A stretch of 64,000 nt of DNA, taken from assembly GCF_009914755.1 (NCBI RefSeq), contig NC_060942.1. One strand, written 5' to 3'. Position 1 is the stretch's first letter. Each line of letters opens with the position of its first letter. Below are positions 10,301 to 23,600 of the stretch, piece by piece. Origin of the DNA: the human T2T-CHM13v2.0 reference genome, Homo sapiens. A program made the translations under genes and the position numbers. The notes below the pieces were generated by a model. The model searched no databases. It saw nothing but the letters and a program-made list of their open reading frames with translations, and had not been told where the DNA came from.

Positions 10301-13300
10301 ACCGTGTTGGAAAGGGAAATATCTTCCCGTAACAACTAGGCAGAAGCATTCTCAGAAACTTATTTGAGATGTGTGTACTCAACTAAGAGAATTGAACCAC
10401 CGTTTTGAAGGAGCAGTTTTGAAACCCTCTTTTTCTGGAATCTGCAAGAGTATATTTGCCTCGCCTTGAGGATTTCGTTGGAAACGGGATTGTCTTCAGA
10501 TAAAATCTAGACAGAAGCATTCTCAGAAACTTCTTTGGGATGTTTGCATTCAAGTCACAGAGTAGAACATTCCCTTTGGTAGAGCAGGTTTGAAACACTC
10601 TTTTTTTAGTATATGGAAGTGGACATTTGGAGCGCTTTCAGGCCTACGTTGGAAAAGGAAATATCTTCCCATAACAACTAGACAGAAGCATTCTCAGAAA
10701 CTAGTTTCTGATATGTGTCCTCAACTAACACAGTTGTACATTTCTTTAGACAGAACAGTTTTGAAACACTCTTTTTGTGGAATCTGCAAGTGGATATTGG
10801 GCTAGATTTGAGGATTTCGTTGGAAACGGGATTACATATAAAAAGCAGACAGCAGCATTCTCAGAAAGTTCTTTGTGATGATTGCATTCAAGTCACAGAA
10901 TTGAACATTCCCTTTCACAGAGCAGGTTTGAAACACTCTTTTTGTAGTGTGTGTAAGTGGACATTTGGAGCGCTTTCCGGCCTAAGGTGAAAAAGGAAAT
11001 ATCTTCCCATAAAAACTAGACAGAAGCATTCTCAGAAACTTACTCGTGATGTGTGTCCTCAACTAAAGGAGTAGAACCTTTCTATTCATAGAGAAGTTTT
11101 GAAACGCTCTTTTTGTGGAATCTCCAAGTGGATATTTGGCTAGTGTTGAGGATTTCGTTGGAAGCGGGAATTCATACAAATTGCAGACTGCAGCGTTCTG
11201 AGAAACATCTTTGTGATGTTTGTATTCAGGACACAGAGATGAACATTCCCTATCACAGAGCAGGTTGGAATCACTCCTTTTGTAGTATCTGGAAGTGGAC
11301 ATTTGGAGCGCTTTCAGGCCTATGTTGAAAAAGGAAATATCTTCCCATAACAACTAGACACAAGCATTCTCAGAAAGTTGTTTGTGATGTGTGCCCTCTA
11401 CTGACAGAGTTGAACCTTTCTTTTCATAGAGCAGTTTTGAAACACTCTTTTTGTAGAATCCGCAAGAGGATATTTGCATAGCTTTGAGGATTTCGTGGGA
11501 AACGGGATTGTCTTCAGGTAAAATCTAGACAGAAGCATTCTCAGAAACTTCTTTGGGATGTTTGCATTCAAGTCACAGAGTAGAACATTCCCTTTGGTAG
11601 AGCAGGTTTGAAACACTCTTTTTGTAGTATCTGGAAGTGGACATTTGGAGCGCTTTCAGGCCCATGTTGGAAAGGGAAATATCTTCCCGTAACAACTAGG
11701 CAGAAGCATTCTCAGAAACTTATTTGAGACGTGTGTACTCAACTAAGAGAACTGAACCACCGTTTTGAAGGAGCAGTTTTGAAACCCTCTTTTTCTGGAA
11801 TCTGCAAGAGTATATTTGCCTAGCCTTGAGGATTTCGTTGGAAACGGGATTGTCTTCAGATAAAATCTAGACAGAAGCATTCTCAGAAACTTCTTTGGGA
11901 TGTTTGCATTCAAGTCACAGAGTAGAACATTCCCTTTGGTAGAGCAGGTTTGAAACACTCTTTTTTAAGTATATGGAAGTGGACATTTGGAGCGCTTTCA
12001 GGCCTACGTTGGAAAAGGAAATATCTTCCCATAACAACTAGACAGAAGCATTCTCAGAAACTAGTTTCTGATGTGTGTCCTCAACTAACACAGTTGTACA
12101 TTTCTTTAGACAGAACAGTTTTGAAACACTCTTTTTGTGGAATCTGCAAGTGGATATTGGGCTAGATTTGAGGATTTCGTTGGAAACGGGATTACATATA
12201 AAAAGCAGTCAGCAGCATTCTCAGAAAGTTCTTTGTGATGATTGCATTCAAGTCACAGAATTGAACATTCCCTTTCATAGAGCAGGTTTGAAGCACTCTT
12301 TTTGTAGTGTGTGTAAGTGGACATTTGGAGCGCTTTCCGGCCTAAGGTGAAAAAGGACATATCTTCCCATAAAAACTAGACAGAAGCATTCTCAGAAACT
12401 TACTCGTGATGTGTGTCCTCAACTAAAAGAGTAGAACCTTTCTATTCATAGAGAAGTTTTGAAACGCTCTTTTTGTGGAATCTCCAAGTGGATATTTGGC
12501 TAGTTTTGAGGATTTCGTTGGAAGCGGGAATTCATACAAATTGCAGACTGCAGCGTTCTGAGAAACATCTTTGAAATGTTTGTATTCAAGACACAGAGAT
12601 GAACATTCACTATCATAGAGCAGGTTGGAATCACTCCTTTTGTAGTATCTGAAAGTGGACATTTGGAGCGCTTTCAGGCCTATGTTGAAAAAGGAAATAT
12701 CTTCCCATAACAACTAGACACAAGCATTCTCAGAAACTTGTTTGTGATGTGTGCCCTCTACTGACAGAGTTGAACCTTTCTTTTCATAGAGCAGTTTTGA
12801 AACACTCTTTTATAGAATCCGCAAGAGGATATTTGCATAGCTTTGAGGATTTCGTGGGAAACGGGATTGTCTTCAGGTAAAATCTAGACAGAAGCATTCT
12901 CAGAAACTTCTTTGGGATGTTTGCATTCAAGTCACAGAGTAGAACATTCCCTTTGGTAGAGCAGGTTTGAAACACTCTTTTTGTAGTATCTGGAAGTGGA
13001 CATTTGGAGCGCTTTCAGGCCCATGTTGGAAAGGGAAATATCTTCCCGTAACAACTAGGCAGAAGCATTCTCAGAAACTTATTTGAGATGTGTGTACTCA
13101 ACTAAGAGAATTGAACCACCGTTTTGAAGGAGCAGTTTTGAAACCCTCTTTTTCTGGAATCTGCAAGAGTATATTTGCCTAGCCTTGAGGATTTCGTTGG
13201 AAACGGGATTGTCTTCAGATAAAATCTAGACAGAAGCATTCTCAGAAACTTCTTTGGGATGTTTGCATTCAAGTCACAGAGTAGAACATTCCCTTTGGTA

Positions 13301-16300
13301 GAGCAGGTTTGAAACACTCTTTTTTTAGTATATGGAAGTGGACATTTGGAGCGCTTTCAGGCCTACGTTGGAAAAGGAAATATCTTCCCATAACAACTAG
13401 ACAGAAGCATTCTCAGAAACTAGTTTCTGATGTGTGTCCTCAACTAACACAGTTGTACATTTCTTTATACAGAACAGTTTTGAAGCACTCTTTTTGTGGA
13501 ATCTGCAAGTGGATATTGGGCTAGATTTGAGGATTTCGTTGGAAACGGGATTACATATAAAAAGCAGACAGCAGCATTCTCAGAAAGTTCTTTGTGATGA
13601 TTGCATTCAAGTCACAGAATTGAACATTCCCTTTCACAGAGCAGGTTTGAAACACTCTTTTTGTATTGTGTGTAAGTGGACATTTGGAGCGCTTTCCGGG
13701 CTAAGGTGAAAAAGGAAATATCTTCCCATAAAAACTAGACAGAAGCATTCTCAGAAACTTACTCGTGATGTGTGTCCTCAACTAAAGGAGTAGAACCTTT
13801 CTATTCATAGAGAAGTTTTGAAACGCTCTTTTTGTGGAATCTCCAAGTGGATATTTGGCTAGTTTTGAGGATTTCGTTGGAAGCGGGAATTCATACAAAT
13901 TGCAGACTGCAGCGTTCTGAGAAACATCTTTGTGATGTTTGTATTCAGGACACAGAGATGAACATTCCCTATCATAGAGCAGGTTGGAATCACTCCTTTT
14001 GTAGTATCTGGAAGTGGACATTTGGAGCGCTTTCAGGCCTATGTTGAAAAAGGAAATATCTTCCCATAACAACTAGACACAAGCATTCTCAGAAACTTGT
14101 TTGTGATGTGTGCCCTCTACTGACAGAGTTGAACCTTTCTTTTCATAGAGCAGTTTTGAAACACTCTTTTTGTAGAATCCGCAAGAGGATATTTGCATAG
14201 CATTGAGGATTTCGTGGGAAACGGGATTGTCTTCAGGTAAAATCTAGACAGAAGCATTCTCAGAAACTTCTTTGGGATGTTTGCATTCAAGTCACAGAGT
14301 AGAACATTCCCTTTGGTAGAGCAGGTTTGAAACACTCTTTTTGTAGTATCTGGAAGTGGACATTTGGAGCGCTTTCAGGACCATGTTGGAAAGGGAAATA
14401 TCTTCCCGTAACAACTAGGCAGAAGCATTCTCAGAAACTTATTTGAGATGTGTGTACTCAACTAAGAGAATTGAACCACCGTTTTGAAGGAGCATTTTTG
14501 AAACACTCTTTTTCTGGAATCTGCAAGAGAATATTTGCCTAGCCTTGAGGATTTCGTTGGAAACGGGATTGTCTTCAGATAAAATCTAGACAGAAGCATT
14601 CTCAGAAACTTCTTTGGGATGTTTGCATTCAAGTCACAGAGTAGAACATTCCCTTTGGTAGAGCAGGTTTGAAACACTCTTTTTTTAGTATATGGAAGTG
14701 GACATTTGGAGCGCTTTCAGGCCTACGTTGGAAAAGGAAATATCTTCCCATAACAACTAGACAGAAGCATTCTCAGAAACTAGTTTCTGATGTGTGTCCT
14801 CAACTAACACAGTTGAACTTTTCTTTAGACAGAACAGTTTTGAAACACTCTTTTTGTGGAATCTGCAAGTGGATATTGGGCTAGATTTGAGGATTTCGTT
14901 GGAAACGGGATTACATATAAAAAGCAGACAGCATCATTCTCAGAAAGTTCTTTGTGATGATTGCATTCAAGTCACAGAATTGAACATTCCCTTTCACAGA
15001 GCAGGTTTGAAACACTCTTTTTGTAGTGTGTGTAAGTGGACATTTGGAGCGCTTTCCGGCCTAAGGTGAAAAAGGACATATCTTCCCATAAAAACTAGAC
15101 AGAAGCATTCTCAGAAACTTACTCGTGATGTGTGTCCTCAACTAAAGGAGTAGAACCTTTCTATTCATAGAGAAGTTTTGAAACGCTCTTTTTGTGGAAT
15201 CTCCAAGTGGATATTTGGCTAGTTTTGAGGATTTCGTTGGAAGCGGGAATTCATACAAATTGCAGACTGCAGCGTTCTGAGAAACATCTTTGTGATGTTT
15301 GTATTCAAGACACAGAGATGAACATTCCCTATCATAGAGCATGTTGGAATCACTCCTTTTGTAGTATCTGGAAGTGGACATTTGGAGCGCTTTCAGGCCT
15401 ATTTTGAAAAAGGAAATATCTTCCCATAACAACTAGACACAAGCATTCTCAGAAACTTGTTTGTGATGTGTGCCCTCTACTGACAGAGTTGAACCTTTCT
15501 TTTCATAGAGCAGTTTTGAAACACTCTTTTTGTAGAATCCGCAAGAGGATATTTGCATAGCTTTGAGGATTTCGTGGGAAACGGGATTGTCTTCAGGTAA
15601 AATCTAGACAGAAGCATTCTCAGAAACTTCTTTGGGATGTTTGCATTCAAGTCACAGAGTAGAACATTCCCTTTGGTAGAGCAGGTTTGAAACACTCTTT
15701 TTGTAGTATCTGGAAGTGGACATTTTGAGCGCTTTCAGGCCCATGTTGGAAAGGGAAATATCTTCCCGTAACAACTAGGCAGAAGCATTCTCAGAAACTT
15801 ATTTGAGATGTGTGTACTCAACTAAGAGAATTGAACCACCGTTTTGAAGGAGCAGTTTTGAAACACTCTTTTTCTGGAATCTGCAAGAGTATATTTGCCT
15901 AGCCTTGAGGATTTCGTTGGAAACGGGATTGTCTTCAGATAAAATCTAGACAGAAGCATTCTCAGAAACTTCTTTGGGATGTTTGCATTCAAGTCACAGA
16001 GTAGAACATTCCCTTTGGTAGAGCAGGTTTGAAACACTCTTTTTAGTATATGGAAGTGGACATTTGGAGCGCTTTCAGGCCTACGTTGGAAAAGGAAATA
16101 TCTTCCCATAACAACTAGACAGAAGCATTCTCAGGAACTAATTTCTGATGTGTGTCCTCAACTAACACAGTTGAACATTTCTTTAGACAGAACAGTTTTG
16201 AAACACTCTTTTTGTGGAATCTGCAAGTGGATATTGGGCTAGATTTGAGGATTTCGTTGGAAACGGGATTACATATACAAAGCAGTCAGCAGCATTCTCA

Positions 16301-16604
16301 GAAAGTTCTTTGTGATGATTGCATTCAAGTCACAGAATTGAACATTCCCTTTCATAGAGCAGGTTTGAAACACTCTTTTTGTAGTGTGTGTAAGTGGACA
16401 TTTGGAGCGCTTTCCGGCCTAAGGTGAAAAAGGACATATCTTCCCATAAAAACTAGACAGAAGCATTCTCAGAAACTTACTCGTGATGTGTGTCTTCAAC
16501 TAAAGGAGTAGAACCTCTCTATTCATAGAGAAGTTTTGAAACGCTCTTTTTGTGGAATCTCCAAGTGGATATTTGGCTAGTTTTGAGGATTTCGTTGGAA
16601 GCGG

Positions 16605-17626
16605 GAATTCATACAAATTGCAGACTGCAGCGTTCTGAGAAACATCTTTGAAATGTTTGTATTCAAGACACAGAGATGAACATTCCCTATCATAGAGCAT
16701 GTTGGAATCACTCCTTTTGTAGTATCTGAAAGTGGACATTTGGAGCGCTTTCAGGCCTATGTTGAAAAAGGAAATATCTTCCCATAACAACTAGACACAA
16801 GCATTCTCAGAAACTTGTTTGTGATGTGTGCCCTCTACTGACAGCGTTGAACCTTTCTTTTCATAGAGCAGTTTTGAAACACTCTTTTTGTAGAATCCGC
16901 AAGAGGATATTTGCATAGCTTTGAGGATTTCGTGGGAAACGGGATTGTCTTCAGGTAAAATCTAGACAGAAGCATTCTCAGAAACTTCTTTGGGATGTTT
17001 GCATTCAAGTCACAGAGTAGAACATTCCCTTTGGTAGAGCAGGTTTGAAACACTCTTTTTGTAGTATCTGGAAGTGGACATTTGGAGCGCTTTCAGGCCC
17101 ATGTTGGAAAGGGAAATATCTTCCCGTAACAACTAGGCAGAAGCATTCTCAGAAACTTATTTGAGATGTGTGTACTCAACTAAGAGAATTGAACCACCGT
17201 TTTGAAGGAGAAGTTTTGAAACACTCTTTTTCTGGAATCTGAAAGAGTATATTTGCCTAGCCTTGAGGATTTCGTTGGAAACGGGATTGTCTTCAGATAA
17301 AATCTAGACAGAAGCATTCTCAGAAACTTCTTTGGGATGTTTGCATTCAAGTCACAGAGTAGAACATTCCCTTTGGTAGAGCAGGTTTGAAACACTCTTT
17401 TTGTAGTGTGTGTAAGTGGACATTTGGAGCGCTTTCCGGCCTAAGGTGAAAAAGGAAATATCTTCCCATAAAAACTAGACAGAAGCATTCTCAGAAACTT
17501 ACTCGTGATGTGTGTCCTCAACTAAAGGAGTAGAACCTTTCTATTCATAGAGAAGTTTTGAAACGCTCTTTTTGTGGAATCTCCAAGTGGATATTTGGCT
17601 AGTTTTGAGGATTTCGTTGGAAGCGG
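16605..17626 (+). repeat. Structural-variant HOR: 6-mer, 1022 bp (338-bp dimer deleted, hybrid monomer at ~17378-17407)
   Basis: EcoRI sites at 16605 and 17627. CCCTTTGGTAGAG is joined directly to TGTAGTGTGTGTAAG. Confidence 0.95.
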
Positions 17627-20600
17627 GAATTCATACAAATTGCAGACTGCAGCGTTCTGAGAAACATCTTTGTGATGTTTGTATTCAGGACACAGAGATG
17701 AACATTCCCTATCATAGAGCAGGTTGGAATCACTCCTTTTGTAGTATCTGGAAGTGGACATTTGGAGCGCTTTCAGGCCTATGTTGAAAAAGGAAATATC
17801 TTCCCATAACAACTAGACACAAGCATTCTCAGAAACTTGTTTGTGATGTGTGCCCTCTACTGACAGAGTTGAACCTTTCTTTTCATAGAGCAGTTTTGAA
17901 ACACTCTTTTATAGAATCCGCAAGAGGATATTTGCATAGCTTTGAGGATTTCGTGGGAAACGGGATTGTCTTCAGGTAAAATCTAGACAGAAGCATTCTC
18001 AGAAACTTCTTTGGGATGTTTGCATTCAAGTCACAGAGTAGAACATTCCCTTTGGTAGAGCAGGTTTGAAACACTCTTTTTGTAGTATCTGGAAGTGGAC
18101 ATTTGGAGCGCTTTCAGGCCCATGTTGGAAAGGGAAATATCTTCCCGTAACAACTAGGCAGAAGCATTCTCAGAAACTTATTTGAGATGTGTGTACTCAA
18201 CTAAGAGAATTGAACCACCGTTTTGAAGGAGCAGTTTTGAAACCCTCTTTTTCTGGAATCTGCAAGAGTATATTTGCCTAGCCTTGAGGATTTCGTTGGA
18301 AACGGGATTGTCTTCAGATAAAATCTAGACAGAATCATTCTCAGAAACTTCTTTGGGATGTTTGCATTCAAGTCACAGAGTAGAACATTCCCTTTGGTAG
18401 AGCAGGTTTGAAACACTCTTTTTTTAGTATATGGAAGTGGACATTTGGAGCGCTTTCAGGCCTACGTTGGAAAAGGAAATATCTTCCCATAACAACTAGA
18501 CAGAAGCATTCTCAGAAACTAGTTTCTGATGTGTGTCCTCAACTAACACAGTTGTACATTTCTTTAGACAGAACAGTTTTGAAACACTCTTTTTGTGGAA
18601 TCTGCAAGTGGATATTGGGCTAGATTTGAGGATTTCGTTGGAAACGGGATTACATATAAAAAGCAGACAGCAGCATTCTCAGAAAGTTCTTTGTGATGAT
18701 TGCATTCAAGTCACAGAATTGAACATTCCCTTTCACAGAGCAGGTTTGAAACACTCTTTTTGTAGTGTGTGTAAGTGGACATTTGGAGCGCTTTCCGGCC
18801 TAAGGTGAAAAAGGAAATATCTTCCCATAAAAACTAGACAGAAGCATTCTCAGAAACTTACTCGTGATGTGTGTCCTCAACTAAAGGAGTAGAACCTTTC
18901 TATTCATAGAGAAGTTTTGAAACGCTCTTTTTGTGGAATCTCCAAGTGGATATTTGGCTAGTTTTGAGGATTTCGTTGGAAGCGGGAATTCATACAAATT
19001 GCAGACTGCAGCGTTCTGAGAAACATCTTTGTGATGTTTGTATTCAGGACACAGAGATGAACATTCCCTATCATAGAGCAGGTTGGAATCACTCCTTTTG
19101 TAGTATCTGGAAGTGGACATTTGGAGCGCTTTCAGGCCTATGTTGAAAAAGGAAATATCTTCCCATAACAACTAGACACAAGCATTCTCAGAAACTTGTT
19201 TGTGATGTGTGCCCTCTACTGACAGAGTTGAACCTTTCTTTTCATAGAGCAGTTTTGAAACACTCTTTTTGTAGAATCCGCAAGAGGATATTTGCATAGC
19301 TTTGAGGATTTCGTGGGAAACGGGATTGTCTTCAGGTAAAATCTAGACAGAAGCATTCTCAGAAACTTCTTTGGGATGTTTGCATTCAAGTCACAGAGTA
19401 GAACATTCCCTTTGGTAGAGCAGGTTTGAAACCCTCTTTTTGTAGTATCTGGAAGTGGACATTTGGAGCGCTTTCAGGCCCATGTTGGAAAGGGAAATAT
19501 CTTCCCGTAACAACTAGGCAGAAGCATTCTCAGAAACTTATTTGAGATGTGTGTACTCAACTAAGAGAATTGAACCACCGTTTTGAAGGAGCAGTTTTGA
19601 AACACTCTTTTTCTGGAATCTGCAAGAGAATATTTGCCTAGCCTTGAGGATTTCGTTGGAAACGGGATTGTCTTCAGATAAAATCTAGACAGAAGCATTC
19701 TCAGAAACTTCTTTGGGATGTTTGCATTCAAGTCACAGAGTAGAACATTCCCTTTGGTAGAGCAGGTTTGAAACACTCTTTTTGTAGTATATGGAAGTGG
19801 ACATTTGGAGCGCTTTCAGGCCTACGTTGGAAAAGGAAATATCTTCCCATAACAACTAGACAGAAGCATTCTCAGAAACTAGTTTCTGATGTGTGTCCTC
19901 AACTAACACAGTTGAACATTTCTTTAGACAGAACAGTTTTGAAACACTCTTTTTGTGGAATCTGCAAGTGGATATTGGGCTAGATTTGAGGATTTCGTTG
20001 GAAACGGGATTACATATAAAAAGCAGACAGCAGCATTCTCAGAAAGTTCTTTGTGATGATTGCATTCAAGTCACAGAATTGAACATTCCCTTTCACAGAG
20101 CAGGTTTGAAACACTCTTTTTGTAGTGTGTGTAAGTGGACATTTGGAGCGCTTTCCGGCCTAAGGTGAAAAAGGACATATCTTCCCATAAAAACTAGACA
20201 GAAGCATTCTCAGAAACTTACTCGTGATGTGTGTCCTCAACTAAAGGAGTAGAACCTTTCTATTCATAGAGAAGTTTTGAAACGCTCTTTTTGTGGAATC
20301 TCCAAGTGGATATTTGGCTAGTTTTGAGGATTTCGTTGGAAGCGGGAATTCATACAAATTGCAGACTGCAGCGTTCTGAGAAACATCTTTGTGATGTTTG
20401 TATTCAAGACACAGAGATGAACATTCCCTATCATAGAGCATGTTGGAATCACTCCTTTTGTAGTATCTGGAAGTGGACATTTGGAGCGCTTTCAGGCCTA
20501 TGTTGAAAAAGGAAATATCTTCCCATAACAACTAGACACAAGCATTCTCAGAAACTTGTTTGTGATGTGTGCCCTCTACTGACAGAGTTGAACCTTTCTT

Positions 20601-23600
20601 TTCATAGAGCAGTTTTGAAACACTCTTTTTGTAGAATCCGCAAGAGGATATTTGCATAGCTTTGAGGATTTCGTGGGAAACGGGATTGTCTTCAGGTAAA
20701 ATCTAGACAGAAGCATTCTCAGAAACTTCTTTGGGATGTTTGCATTCAAGTCACAGAGTAGAACATTCCCTTTGGTAGAGCAGGTTTGAAACACTCTTTT
20801 TGTAGTATCTGGAAGTGGACATTTGGAGCGCTTTCAGGCCCATGTTGGAAAGGGAAATATCTTCCCGTAACAACTAGGCAGAAGCATTCTCAGAAACTTA
20901 TTTGAGATGTGTGTACTCAACTAAGAGAATTGAACCACCGTTTTGAAGGAGCAGTTTTGAAACACTCTTTTTCTGGAATCTGCAAGAGTATATTTGCCTA
21001 GCCTTGAGGATTTCGTTGGAAACGGGATTGTCTTCAGATAAAATCTAGACAGAAGCATTCTCAGAAAGTTCTTTGGGATGTTTGCATTCAAGTCACAGAG
21101 TAGAACATTCCCTTTGGTAGAGCAGGTTTGAAACACTCTTTTTGTAGTATATGGAAGTGGACATTTGGAGCGCTTTCAGGCCTACGTTGGAAAAGGAAAT
21201 ATCTTCCGATAACAACTAGACAGAAGCATTCTCAGAAACTAGTTTCTGATGTGTGTCCTCAACTAACACAGTTGTACATTTCTTTAGACAGAACAGTTTT
21301 GAAACACTCTTTTTGTGGAATCTGCAAGTGGATATTGGGCTAGATTTGAGGATTTCGTTGGAAACGGGATTACATATAAAAAGCAGTCAGCAGCATTCTC
21401 AGAAAGTTCTTTATGATGATTGCATTCAAGTCACAGAATTGAACATTCCCTTTCACAGAGCAGGTTTGAAACACTCTTTTTGTAGTGTGTGTAAGTGGAC
21501 ATTTGGAGCGCTTTCCGGCCTAAGGTGAAAAAGGACGTATCTTCCCATAAAAACTAGACAGAAGCATTCTCAGAAACTTACTCGTGATGTGTGTCCTCAA
21601 CTAAAGGAGTAGAACCTTTCTATTCATAGAGAAGTTTTGAAACGCTCTTTTTGTGGAATCTCCAAGTGGATATTTGGCTAGTTTTGAGGATTTCGTTGGA
21701 AGCGGGAATTCATCCAAATTGCAGACTGCAGCGTTCTGAGGAACATCTTTGTGATGTTTGTATTCAGGACACAGAGATGAACATTCCCTATCATAGAGCA
21801 GGTTGGAATCACTCCTTTTGTACTATCTGGAAGTGGACATTTGGAGCGCTTTCAGGCCTATGTTGAAAAAGGAAATATCTTCCCATAACAACTAGACACA
21901 AGCGTTCTCAGAAACTTGTTTGTGATGTGTGCCCTCTACTGACAGAGTTGAACCTTTCTTTTCATAGAGCAGTTTTGAAACACTCTTTTTGTAGAATCCG
22001 CAAGAGGATATTTGCATAGCTTTGAGGATTTCGTGGGAAACGGGATTGTCTTCAGGTAAAATCTAGACAGAAGCATTCTCAGAAACTTCTTTGGGATGTT
22101 TGCATTCAAGTCACAGAATAGAACATTCCCTTTGGTAGAGCAGGTTTGAAACACTCTTTTTGTAGTATCTGGAAGTGGACATTTGGAGCGCTTTCAGACC
22201 CATGTTGGAAAGGGAAATATCTTCCCGTAACAACTAGGCAGAAGCATTCTCAGAAACTTATTTGAGATGTGTGGACTCAACTAAGAGAATTGAACCACCG
22301 TTTTGAAGGAGCAGTTTTGAAACCCTCTTTTTCTGGAATCTGCAAGAGTATATTTGCCTAGCCTTGAGGATTTCGTTGGAAACGGGATTGTCTTCAGATA
22401 AAATCTAGACAGAAGCATTCTCAGAAACTTCTTTGGGATGTTTGCATTCAAGTCACAGAGTAGAACATTCCCTTTGGTAGAGCAGGTTTGAAACACTCTT
22501 TTTTTAGTATATGGAAGTGGACATTTGGAGCGCTTTCAGGCCTACGTTGGAAAAGGAAATATCTTCCCATAACAACTAGACAGAAGCATTCTCAGAAACT
22601 AGTTTCTGATGTGTGTCCTCAACTAACACAGTTGTACATTTCTTTAGACAGAACAGTTTTGAAACACTCTGTTTGTGGAATCTGCAAGTGGATACTGGGC
22701 TAGATTTGAGGATTTCGTTGGAAACGGGATTACATATAAAAAGCAGTCAGCAGCATTCTCAGAAAGTTCTTTGTGATGATTGCATTCAAGTCACAGAATT
22801 GAACATTCCCTTTCACAGAGCAGGTTTGAAACACTCTTTTTGTAGTGTGTGTAAGTGGACATTTGGAGCGCTTTCCGGCCTAAGGTGAAAAAGGACATAT
22901 CTTCCCATAAAAACTAGACAGAAGCATTCTCAGAAACTTACTCGTGATGTGTGTCCTCACCTAAAGGAGTGGAAACTTTCTATTCATGGAGAAGTTTTGA
23001 AACGCTCTTTTTGTGGAATCTCCAAGTGGATATTTGGCTAGTTTTGAGGATTTCGTTGGAAGCGGGAATTCATACAAATTGCAGACTGCAGCGTTCTGAG
23101 AAACATCTTTGTGATGTTTGTATTCAAGACACAGAGATGAACATTCCCTATCATAGAGCATGTTGGAATCACTCCTTTTGTAGTATCTGGAAGTGGACAT
23201 TTGGAGCGCTTTCAGGCCTATGTTGAAAAAGGAAATATCTTCCCATAACAACTAGACACAAGCATTCTCAGAAACTTGTTTGTGATGTGTGCCCTCTACT
23301 GACAGAGTTGAACCTTTCTTTTCATAGAGCAGTTTTGAAACACTCTTTTTGTAGAATCCGCAAGAGGATATTTGCATCGCTTTGAGGATTTCGTGGGAAA
23401 CGGGATTGTCTTCAGGTAAAATCTAGACAGAAGCATTCTCAGAAACTTCTTTGGGATGTTTGCATTCAAGTCACAGAGTAGAACATTCCCTTTGGTAGAG
23501 CAGGTTTGAAACACTCTTTTTGTAGTATCTGGAAGTGGACATTTGGAGCGCTTTCAGGCCCATGTTGGAAAGGGAAATATCTTCCCGTAACAACTAGGCA

